64,000 bases of DNA, from assembly GCA_049297395.1 (NCBI GenBank), contig JBAQUG010000312.1:273-64272 (forward strand). Reading direction: 5' to 3'. Both the position numbers and the translations under genes were made by a program. The DNA comes from Victivallales bacterium. Its GTDB lineage: Bacteria > Verrucomicrobiota > Lentisphaeria > Victivallales > GWF2-50-93. Of the stretch, positions 47,602 through 55,547 are shown one piece after another. Numbering within the stretch: the stretch's first letter is position 1; each line of letters starts with the position of its first letter. The notes under the pieces were generated by a model. That model saw only the letters and a program-made list of their open reading frames with translations. It searched no databases and was not told the origin of the DNA.

Positions 47602-50600
47602 TCATTTCAGGAGGATCTCCCCCCATTTGCCGGTCGAGAAATCCGCCTCCGTGGGGAGGTCGGGGAAAAACGGGGAGCGGTTGAAGACGCGGAGATGCTC
47701 GCAGCGGTTCCTTCCGGTTGAGTCGGCAAAGACTACTCCGACATCTCCTAGCAGTTTCATTCCTGCGACGGGCTTGATGCCGAGCTCCGGCCATGGCACC
47801 ACTGCCTCCAGCACATATCCGGTCGGCGTCTCGGCGATGACGACCTTGGCCTTGTCCAATTTCTTCACCTCGTCGAATGCGACGTTGCCGTTCCCGCTGC
47901 CGAAGAAGATTTTCTTCCCCTTGAATCCCGGCACGGTTGTCCGGTATATGATGGCTGTGTTTTCGTCTCCGATCTTGCTGAACAGCAGACGCATGTCGCC
48001 CTCTACCGGATTCTTCCTGGCGGATGTCCTGGTGCCGAGGTAGATCCCGGCGCAATCGCCCGAAGCGAAGAGCTGTTGAAGTGATTCGCCGGAGTTCCTG
48101 AAGCCGTTGGGGCGGATCACCTCGTAGGCCGCATAGAGGTTGTCGGCATCGTACGCCAGTCGGACGGAGGCGCGCATGACGGCGGTTCTGGCTCCGAGGG
48201 ACAGGGCCGATTGGTGCTCCCATTCGTCCAGTTTTCCGTCCGCAGTGAATGGCTTTTCAGTTTTCGCCACGACGATCTCCTTAGTCCTGGTCTCAACGTC
48301 GGCGTCAATGCGCCCCTTCTTTATGGCGATGGCCTTGTCGACATGCGCCTGCGTAAGCTCCACGGAGGCCTCGCGGCGCCTGATGGTTTCAAGTCCTGTT
48401 ATCTCCAGGATGTTGCGTTCCGTCATGCCGTTTATGACGTAGATTTTCCCGTCCGCAGTCTGGTTCATCTGTTCGACCGCCTCTCCGAGCAGGACATCGG
48501 GGCCTGGAGTCGTGGCTGCAGCCTCCGCCCTGAGTACGCTGGCGACAAAGAATCCGTCCGTCGTAACGAGCGGCATCCTGTCTCCATGGTATTGTGAAAG
48601 GGAGATCATCTGCCCCATTTTATTTGGCAGATCGACGGGGCCGAGCACGGCGTTGCCGTTGATTGTTCCGACATCCGGAGACTTGGTGATAGGATATCTC
48701 CATAGCAATTTACCGTCCGAAGAGTATCCCACCATGGCTGGATTGATGTTCACCCACTGGCGGCACTCGGCGTTGCAGGCGGCGATGACGCGGCCTTCCC
48801 GGTCTACTCCTAATGACGGGGAGTAGCAGTATGGAACCGACTCCACCATCTTCTCAGCCTTGTTCGGGTCATATATCGGCGCGCCGCAGCCGGTCCAGCC
48901 GAGGACTTTCAGCCGATAGATCCCGCTGCCAGGAATATGCGATCCGAAATAGATCGACAGGTCGTCGCCGATCCCGCAGCCCCATCCTCCGCTGAATTGA
49001 CTTTGCTTGAGGCCGGGGGAGGGGAAGAGTACCTCCCCGGGGTCGACCAGGCCGTCGCCGTTGCGGTCGCTCCAGGCGAAGTTGTCGCCTTTCTTCTTCC
49101 CCCTGAACGCCTCCGGATAATATTCGCTGGTCCATGCGGCGGGATCAAGCGCGCGCAAGGCGTCGTCCGCCTCGACGAAGTCGTTCCGCATGGAGCCTAC
49201 GGCCGCAAGGGGCCGGTAGACTCCGTCCTTCAACTCGCCAAGCACCGCCTCGTTCTGCATGGCGCCGCCGCCGAGAAGGAAGCTTCTGCCGTCTTTCCTG
49301 ATCATCCGCAATGGGGCGGGATAGGTGCTTCTGGAATAGCAGCCGAAGCACGCGTTCAGAGCCTGACGGCGCCATATGGTGGAGATCGGATGCCATGTTT
49401 TTTTCGCCCAGTCCAGCTCGTACTGCGTGAGCAGGGAACCGATAGCCCTGGTCTTGTCGAACGGATCGATCAGCGTACCGAATTCCGTCGAGGTCGGACC
49501 GATGAACTCTTTTATCAGCCTGCCGCTGCCGGCATCCCATTTGCTCACGCGCCGCGGAAACTGGTCGTCCTCGGCGACCCACAGATGACCATTCTTGTCA
49601 AGCGCCAGCTGCCTGGGAAAGAGCATGCCCGACGGATCGTACGCCCCGATGACGGCCCGTCCGCCGTTCTTTCCAATTACGCGCTGGAAAGAGCCGTCAG
49701 CTCCAAACACCTTGACGCACATCGATTTCCCCCAGTCTGACACGTAGATGGAACCTGCGGCGTCGACGCAGACGCCGACGGGCGCATCAAGATGGTCTTT
49801 GACTACAGTCTCGGATTTTCCGCTTTCCGGATCAATCGCCAGGACGCTCTTTTCCGACACCGTCAACAGTCGTCCTTTCTGATCGAAGGAGAGGCCGCAA
49901 GGACGCCTGACTGGAATTTCCTTCAGCGTCTCAGCCGTAGCGGCATCCAATACCACCACCTTGTCGAACTGGAAGAATGACACGTATAGGCGCTTGTCCT
50001 TGACGGCGACTCCCATCACATTGGCTCCATTTCCCTTATATGGTTCGTTCATGCGTGACATTGCGAAGTTCGCGGGCGTGAATCCGGTCCTGGCGGCGTC
50101 CCACCACCAGGCGTGTTCGGCCTTGGAACGCTCCCACCACATCAGCTCGTTGTACTGCTTGCCCATTGTGAAGCCGCGGCGCAGGCCGGTCTTTTTGTCG
50201 ATGCAGACCAGATATGAAAGGACTTTCCCTTTCCACTGGGCGCCTCTTATGATATCAGCGGCGAGGTAGAGATACCGCTCATCGGCGGCAAGGCTGCACG
50301 TTCCAGTGTGCCCTCCGACAAAGTCGCCTATCATCCCCCACTGTCTTTGACCGTCGAGGCCGGCGGCCACCATGCCTCCGCCTTTCTCGGCGGCCGGCCA
50401 TCCTATGAAGACCTGTTCGCCGGAAGTCGCCACCCCCTGCGCCGGCTGGCGGTCGGATCCCCATCCGCCCGTACCGTCCTCGTTGAACCACGGCGGATTG
50501 CCCGGTGTCTCGAAGCTCATCTGGTATTCCCAGCCGATTCCAGTATGGCTGAGGGATCTGCATGTGTATCTGCCGGGGGGCAGTATTTGTCCGTCCATGT

Positions 50601-52269
50601 CGAGGCCATCCCATCCTCCGATGGAATCGCCCTCGCCGCGGGGCGAGCAGGCCATGAGGTTGCGCACCCGTTCACCCTTCTCGTTGTCAATGACGACTGT
50701 TACGAACTCCTTGCGCTCCACCTTCCATGGCAGCTCCACCACTTCGGCGCGCGATAGGATTCTTCCGTTGAAGTTGAAGGGGAGGCGCGGGCCTTCGACT
50801 CCGGACCACCATGCATCGACCATCCAGCGGAACTGGTCTCCCGCACGCAACGGCCTGCCGTCGCGCGTAATGACTGCCCATGGCAGGAAGATCTCCTGGC
50901 AATAGCCGCCGTCAGTGGAGCTGAAAGCTTCCTTGGCTCCCTTGTCCTGGAGGTCGTCCATTGAATATTTCCAGCCTTCGGTCGGAGAGGCGAGAGCCTG
51001 CTTCAACGCCGCTTTCCGGACCGTTGCGCAGTACCACCCCTCAATGACCGAGACCATATCCGTCTTCAGCCTGAGCTGCAGGGCTCCTCCGCCATCGTAT
51101 CCCCATGGGAAGCGGTCGGGCCGGTTCACATTGTAGCACGGCTTCAAATCATGCCAGATCAAGCCCACGTATAAGCCCATCTCGTCATACATCATGTGCA
51201 GCCGGGTGTCGTAGCGCCCGCGGAAGAGCTCCGGCTCATAGGCGATCAGCACCTCTCCTGAGACGTCCCATTCGTCAAGCTTGCCGTCGACTACCACCGG
51301 GGTCTTGACGGGCATGACGGATATCTTCGTGTTGCGGGTGAGCTGCCGTCCCTCGTGCATGGTGATGGCAGGTTTCGCGGACTCGCCGCCACCTTTTGCC
51401 TCAAGTGTGGCGATGGCGCCCTGCTCGACTTTCATCGACAACTTGTCGGCGAACTGTGTCCCATCCATCAGAGAGAAAGCCATCAGGCCGCCGAACCGGG
51501 CATCCAACTTTTCGTGCATCGTACCTTTTGTGACTTCGGCCCAGACCTTGTACGCCGCCTCCGGATCGAGTCCGTCGAACCATAGATCGCATCCGACCCT
51601 GAGGATTGAATCGCCGTCGAGGGGTTTGCCGTCGGACGTCAGCAGCTTCCAGTCGATTCCCAGTTCCTGCCCGTACCCCTTTCCGTCGGGCTTGATCTTG
51701 AACGCCTGCCTCACGCCGGAGATCTCGTGCCCTGATTTGACATCATCCGTTCCGTCCTGTCCGTAGCCTATTTTGACTGCCGTTTTCGATGAACTGCTGT
51801 CGAACCAGCCCTGGAGATGGAAGAGGCGGTCGGTCCTGATACGCAGATCGAGACAGTCCCCGCCGTCGCGTCCTGCCTGCGCCTTTTCAGGGTTGGATCC
51901 ATTCGCCATCGGGGATTTGCCGTTCCACTCGATGAAGACGTACAGGGCGTCGGCATCGTAGCACATGGCGACTCTGGCAGTGTATTCCTTCGTGTAGGCT
52001 CCGCCCTGGAGGAACTTGCCGGATGCGAGATCCCATTCGGCGGAGTCTCCGTCAATGGACACCTTGCCCGAAGCCGGAGGAACCGGGATTTCGCCCACGA
52101 ATCGCTCGCGTCCGCCGCCGGCTTCAAGAGGGATGGCGGAAAAGAGAACGGCGGCAATCACGGATGTTCCCGCAACGAAGGATCGGAAATCCGAGCGTGC
52201 CTTCACGAATTTGAAGATGCCCGCAAGTCCATCAATCAACATGGCACACTCCTTCTTTATCCGATTCAT
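47602..52269 (-). CDS. giant secreted protein: two N-terminal CBM9-like modules, a central NHL-repeat beta-propeller and a C-terminal CBM9-like module
   Basis: 1555 aa; the alternative ATG 52242 also has a good AAGGAG. SIDGDSAEWD..CYDADALYVFIEW, VVDGKLDEWD..MMYDEMGLYVGLIW and TADGKLDEWE..LAYDADNLYAAYEV are CBM9-like. GSIYVSDWGKSMCVKVFGADGSFQRVIG and NGHLWVAEDD are NHL-like. DRNGDGLVDPGEV is a Ca-binding-type loop. Confidence 0.75.
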   Translation of the reverse strand: MNRIKKECAMLIDGLAGIFKFVKARSDFRSFVAGTSVIAAVLFSAIPLEAGGGRERFVGEIPVPPASGKVSIDGDSAEWDLASGKFLQGGAYTKEYTARVAMCYDADALYVFIEWNGKSPMANGSNPEKAQAGRDGGDCLDLRIRTDRLFHLQGWFDSSSSKTAVKIGYGQDGTDDVKSGHEISGVRQAFKIKPDGKGYGQELGIDWKLLTSDGKPLDGDSILRVGCDLWFDGLDPEAAYKVWAEVTKGTMHEKLDARFGGLMAFSLMDGTQFADKLSMKVEQGAIATLEAKGGGESAKPAITMHEGRQLTRNTKISVMPVKTPVVVDGKLDEWDVSGEVLIAYEPELFRGRYDTRLHMMYDEMGLYVGLIWHDLKPCYNVNRPDRFPWGYDGGGALQLRLKTDMVSVIEGWYCATVRKAALKQALASPTEGWKYSMDDLQDKGAKEAFSSTDGGYCQEIFLPWAVITRDGRPLRAGDQFRWMVDAWWSGVEGPRLPFNFNGRILSRAEVVELPWKVERKEFVTVVIDNEKGERVRNLMACSPRGEGDSIGGWDGLDMDGQILPPGRYTCRSLSHTGIGWEYQMSFETPGNPPWFNEDGTGGWGSDRQPAQGVATSGEQVFIGWPAAEKGGGMVAAGLDGQRQWGMIGDFVGGHTGTCSLAADERYLYLAADIIRGAQWKGKVLSYLVCIDKKTGLRRGFTMGKQYNELMWWERSKAEHAWWWDAARTGFTPANFAMSRMNEPYKGNGANVMGVAVKDKRLYVSFFQFDKVVVLDAATAETLKEIPVRRPCGLSFDQKGRLLTVSEKSVLAIDPESGKSETVVKDHLDAPVGVCVDAAGSIYVSDWGKSMCVKVFGADGSFQRVIGKNGGRAVIGAYDPSGMLFPRQLALDKNGHLWVAEDDQFPRRVSKWDAGSGRLIKEFIGPTSTEFGTLIDPFDKTRAIGSLLTQYELDWAKKTWHPISTIWRRQALNACFGCYSRSTYPAPLRMIRKDGRSFLLGGGAMQNEAVLGELKDGVYRPLAAVGSMRNDFVEADDALRALDPAAWTSEYYPEAFRGKKKGDNFAWSDRNGDGLVDPGEVLFPSPGLKQSQFSGGWGCGIGDDLSIYFGSHIPGSGIYRLKVLGWTGCGAPIYDPNKAEKMVESVPYCYSPSLGVDREGRVIAACNAECRQWVNINPAMVGYSSDGKLLWRYPITKSPDVGTINGNAVLGPVDLPNKMGQMISLSQYHGDRMPLVTTDGFFVASVLRAEAAATTPGPDVLLGEAVEQMNQTADGKIYVINGMTERNILEITGLETIRRREASVELTQAHVDKAIAIKKGRIDADVETRTKEIVVAKTEKPFTADGKLDEWEHQSALSLGARTAVMRASVRLAYDADNLYAAYEVIRPNGFRNSGESLQQLFASGDCAGIYLGTRTSARKNPVEGDMRLLFSKIGDENTAIIYRTTVPGFKGKKIFFGSGNGNVAFDEVKKLDKAKVVIAETPTGYVLEAVVPWPELGIKPVAGMKLLGDVGVVFADSTGRNRCEHLRVFNRSPFFPDLPTEADFSTGKWGEILLK

Positions 52270-52304
52270 ACTATGTCTCCCTATGTGATATTATGTGGTT
52301 CATA

Positions 52305-53108
52305 TCATTTCCCTGCCGCATCGTCTACACGAAGCTGGATGCCGGAGACAGCCAGACGCCCCGTGTCGGCATGCGGTCCGGTGGTCATTCCGAAGACGAG
52401 CATGTGGGTGAACTGCGCCATATTCCCCTGCGGCTCCTTTTTCCAGGGGGCTTCGAGAACCGGCTCCTTCCCGCCGTTCACGAATATGGCGAACGTGGCG
52501 TCCCGCCGTCCGCCGTCCACCACTATTTCGAAGAGGATCGGCTTGTTGGGACGGTATTGGCAGATGTCGGCCATCAGCTCGCCGCCCTTGGGATCAGGAC
52601 GCATGCCCGCCCGGATCACCCCGTCACGGAAAAAGTAGATCGTGCAGATTTCCACGCCGGATCGGGCGAACAGGCTCACGCCACCTATCTGCATGAGTTT
52701 CTCAGCCGCGATTTCGAAGCGGAGACGCCACCTGGGCACGTTCCAGTGCGATGGAGGAACAGCGAGCCCGAGCCACGGTCCGCGGCCCGAGCCTTTCTCC
52801 CGGTCGGCATCGTTCACCACCATCTGGCAGGAACGCCCCTTGATTCCACAGAAGTCCTCCGCAACTACGGCGAAACGCGTCGGTAATATAAACTGCATGC
52901 TGGAGAACTGGGTCAACGGCAAGGACGGAGGCGTGTCGCGTTTCTCAAGCATGACGGTGTCGGTGAGTCCGCTCAGTTTTGGCGGTGTTCCGACGCTGTC
53001 CGAATCGAAGCGCAGATCCCACACAAGTTCCCCGGCAGCCGCCGTCATCCCTGAGAAGAGAAGGCATAGGATTGTCGGTAAGCACATATTTAAAAGACTT
53101 TTTCTCAT
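52305..53108 (-). CDS. secreted hypothetical protein (beta-sandwich or lectin-like guess only)
   Basis: 267 aa. AAGG lies upstream of ATG 53108. The signal peptide MRKSLLNMCLPTILCLLFSGMTAAAG is homologous to that of 42236..46705. Confidence 0.65.
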   Translation of the reverse strand: MRKSLLNMCLPTILCLLFSGMTAAAGELVWDLRFDSDSVGTPPKLSGLTDTVMLEKRDTPPSLPLTQFSSMQFILPTRFAVVAEDFCGIKGRSCQMVVNDADREKGSGRGPWLGLAVPPSHWNVPRWRLRFEIAAEKLMQIGGVSLFARSGVEICTIYFFRDGVIRAGMRPDPKGGELMADICQYRPNKPILFEIVVDGGRRDATFAIFVNGGKEPVLEAPWKKEPQGNMAQFTHMLVFGMTTGPHADTGRLAVSGIQLRVDDAAGK

Positions 53109-53147
53109 TTCAAAACCTTGCCTTTACTGTTTGAAATTGCCCCATTA

Positions 53148-54044
53148 TCAGTAGCCGAATCCCCAGAAATCACGATCAACCGGAACTGCCGCTATCCCGG
53201 TCCATGGCGCAGGGATCATCATACACTTTAAAATGTCGACGTGTGAATCAACATATATGAAATTGGCGTTCCCGTTATGCCGTACTGATCCGACATAGAA
53301 ATTCCCGCCGGGGATTGCCCATGGGTTCCAAGGGGCATATATTCGGAATGCAGCTGACTCGTTGTAGTAGCTGTCGGAAAACATAAACGTTTTTGAAGGG
53401 GTTTTCTCCTGCCCAATCTTGACGAGCGTCACGCCGACAGGAGGATTGGCGGCCTGGCCGTTGAACCCATTGTTCCCTATGCCGTTCACCCCGTAATGGT
53501 TGAAGTTCGCAGTTTTGGTTTCGGAAGGGCATGTGAAAATGCTCTGGTGCGACGACAGCCAAACTGCGGTTGCATTGGTCTCGGGCTTGTTGCCAAGATA
53601 GGAATAGAGAATTCCATACCATCTATGGAAAGAGACGTCGTCATCAACACCAGTCGGTATCATGAATTCATTATAATCGGACGCATAGAAGAACATTGCT
53701 CCTCCGATCTGCCTGAGATTGCTCTTGCATGCCGCGCCTTTCGCCTGATCACTTGCATTCTTCAGCGCCGGCAGCAGCATCGCCGCCAGTATTGCGATGA
53801 TCGCAATCACGACAAGGAGCTCGATGAGGGTGAACACATTGCCGAGTGCCGAGTGGCGAGTGTCGATTTTAAGACCAGAAGGGAGGGGATGGAGGACAGC
53901 CTGCGGCAGGACGGCAGGGAAGGTGGCGGATGGCAGAGGGCAGACCGACGACCGATGACCGACGACCGACGACCGACGACTGCATCCAGATTGCGGATTT
54001 CGCAAAAGTCCGGAGTCCTCAAGGCCGTGTTTTTTGCTTTCCAT
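53148..54044 (-). CDS. pseudopilin-like protein (H-X9-DS variant) with a 70-aa leader
   Basis: The mature part is nearly identical to 46741..47520. The 5' UTR and the distal leader ([16 protein letters not shown]...) match those of 18375..19268. ATG 54044 has AGAGGTG upstream. Confidence 0.9.
   Translation of the reverse strand: MESKKHGLEDSGLLRNPQSGCSRRSSVVGHRSSVCPLPSATFPAVLPQAVLHPLPSGLKIDTRHSALGNVFTLIELLVVIAIIAILAAMLLPALKNASDQAKGAACKSNLRQIGGAMFFYASDYNEFMIPTGVDDDVSFHRWYGILYSYLGNKPETNATAVWLSSHQSIFTCPSETKTANFNHYGVNGIGNNGFNGQAANPPVGVTLVKIGQEKTPSKTFMFSDSYYNESAAFRIYAPWNPWAIPGGNFYVGSVRHNGNANFIYVDSHVDILKCMMIPAPWTGIAAVPVDRDFWGFGY
53835..53862 (-). repeat. four leader heptads (coding-strand CACTCGC CACTCGG CACTCGG CAATGTG)
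   Basis: Plus strand reads CACATTG CCGAGTG CCGAGTG GCGAGTG. This is three units fewer than the homologous tract at 19059-19107. Confidence 0.85.
53943..53984 (-). repeat. five heptads plus one degenerate (coding-strand GTCGTCG) in the leader
   Basis: Plus strand reads GACCGAC GACCGAT GACCGAC GACCGAC GACCGAC GACTGCA. This is three units more than 19188-19208 and adds the 7 aa VGHRSSV in frame. Confidence 0.9.
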
Positions 54045-54140
54045 GAAACACCTCTTTGGTTTAAACTCAAATTAAGCGGATGCCGTCGAGATTTAATTTT
54101 CCGCAACGCGCCGCATCATTTGAAACTTGCCTTAAAAGTA

Positions 54141-54162
54141 GGGACGGGCTTTAGCCTGTCCC
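54141..54162 (-). terminator. candidate intrinsic terminator downstream of regulator R2
   Basis: GGGACGGGC ttta GCCTGTCCC forms a 9-bp GC-rich stem, with one A-C mismatch on the minus-strand RNA and a G-U pair on the plus strand. On the minus strand it is followed by TACTTTTAAGG. Confidence 0.3.
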
Positions 54163-54291
54163 ATTCTTGAGTATCTAAGATGGTACATGCTGAAGCACGT
54201 ACCTACTTCTGAGAACAGCCCAACAATATGGGGTCTAAAGGTAACCGTTAAGCCGTCTTTTAGCTGTGGGCAATCGAGCAAACGTTCTTGG

Positions 54292-54347
54292 AGTATGCCA
54301 CTTTCGCCGAAAGTGGCTCGAGGCTCTTTCGGCGAAAGAGCCATACT
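54292..54347. other. 56-nt quasi-palindrome centred on TCGA; folds as twin 9-bp hairpins closed by a 5-bp helix, or as one long imperfect hairpin
   Basis: AGTAT GCCACTTTC gcc GAAAGTGGC tcga GGCTCTTTC ggc GAAAGAGCC ATACT. It begins 28 nt after the R2 stop codon in the direction of transcription. Confidence 0.7.
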
Positions 54348-54375
54348 TGACTGCTTTTGAAATTACCTCCACTCA

Positions 54376-55515
54376 TTACCGTCTTACCATCCTGACCGAC
54401 CCCCTTTCCACTAGGCGGGGCTTGACTCCTATCCTTGTCACGCTGCTTAGATCCTTTTCCCTTATCTTCCCGACAATTGTCTCGGCAATGACTCTTCCCA
54501 TCTCTGAAAAAGGCCTTTCAATGCTGGTGAGATTGGATTTCTCCGCAACAGCGCGATTATCGTATCCGACTACTGAAACATCCTGTGGGACCTTGAGCCC
54601 GATTTCCTCCAGGGCCTTGATCGCCCCCAGCGCCGCCATGTCGCTGATGGCGAAAATCGCAGTGAATTTTTCTTTTCCCATGGTTTCCTTGACAGCCTGA
54701 TAACCCAGTTCAAAGAAATCTTCGTATTTCAAAACATACTTGTCGTCCTTGACATCCAAATCCCTTTCGTAGATCAATCCTTCCCTGACTGGAATGTTAT
54801 TCTCAATCAGCGCCTTCTTGTATCCCTTCCTCCTGTTCTCAAGATAATCGCCCGCAAAGTTCATATGCAATATCGAACTGTGCCCGTTCCTTATCAGGTG
54901 GGATGTCGCAAGCCAGGCCCCATGGGAATCATCCTCGTAGACATTGTTGACCTCAAGAGGGACAAACCGCTCGGATACGATGAAGGGCTTTCCAGATTTA
55001 GACAGGATTTGAATTTCTTTTTTCAGGATATTCTGTGTTGAAGTGAAGGAGGGTTCGAATATTATTGCGCTGTTCGCATCCGAAACCGCATTTTCAAGGA
55101 CTCTCCGTTCAGCCCGGACATCTCCATGGGTAAAGCTCAGGGATATCTTGTATCCGGCGTCATGCCTTATGAATTTTTCCATTTCAGCTACGACGGAGAA
55201 CGCACCCCAATGTTCTTTTTGATCTTCACCGTGAAAGATGGGGGTTATTAATTCTATTGATTTTATTTTTGTGTTCCTGGGATGTGCATAGTCAGTGAAA
55301 TTGCCAACATACAGGCCTTTCCCTTTAACGGAGAATACTTTGCCCTCCCTGGAAAGCTGGGAGATGGCGCTTCTTACGGTAATGCGGCTTACCTCGCAGA
55401 GAGCCATCAGGTCCTTTTCCCTGCAGACAGGATCCCCTTCCTTTAGGTTCGCGGTCTCTATCCTGTTTAATATCTCGGTCTTTACCGCATCGGATTTTAA
55501 AATGTTGGGGAACAT
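54376..55515 (-). CDS. GntR-type wHTH / LacI-type sugar-binding hybrid regulator, copy R2
   Basis: Paralogue of 19324..20460: KEGDPVCREKDLMALCEVSRITVRSAISQLSREGKVFSVKGKGLYV and FTAIFAISDMAALGAIKALEEIGLKVPQDVSVVGYDN. The track start at 55521 is a GTG. ATG 55515 (MFPNILKSD) follows GGGAGGTG by 4-5 nt and aligns with the R1 N-terminus MLSRILKTE. Confidence 0.9.
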   Translation of the reverse strand: MFPNILKSDAVKTEILNRIETANLKEGDPVCREKDLMALCEVSRITVRSAISQLSREGKVFSVKGKGLYVGNFTDYAHPRNTKIKSIELITPIFHGEDQKEHWGAFSVVAEMEKFIRHDAGYKISLSFTHGDVRAERRVLENAVSDANSAIIFEPSFTSTQNILKKEIQILSKSGKPFIVSERFVPLEVNNVYEDDSHGAWLATSHLIRNGHSSILHMNFAGDYLENRRKGYKKALIENNIPVREGLIYERDLDVKDDKYVLKYEDFFELGYQAVKETMGKEKFTAIFAISDMAALGAIKALEEIGLKVPQDVSVVGYDNRAVAEKSNLTSIERPFSEMGRVIAETIVGKIREKDLSSVTRIGVKPRLVERGSVRMVRR

Positions 55516-55547
55516 TGACACCTCCCTTAACCGTCGAAAGTATTGTT

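Noticed and set aside
47510-48223. 237-aa minus-strand ORF, extremely Arg-rich
   Set aside because: It lies in an alternative frame of the 3' end of the 1555-aa gene and of the pilin 5' region. The composition is implausible for a protein.
54132-54344. 70-aa minus-strand ORF in the R2-pilin spacer
   Set aside because: Its start codon lies inside the twin-hairpin palindrome. There is no SD, and the composition is unremarkable. The region is better explained as structured non-coding RNA or DNA.
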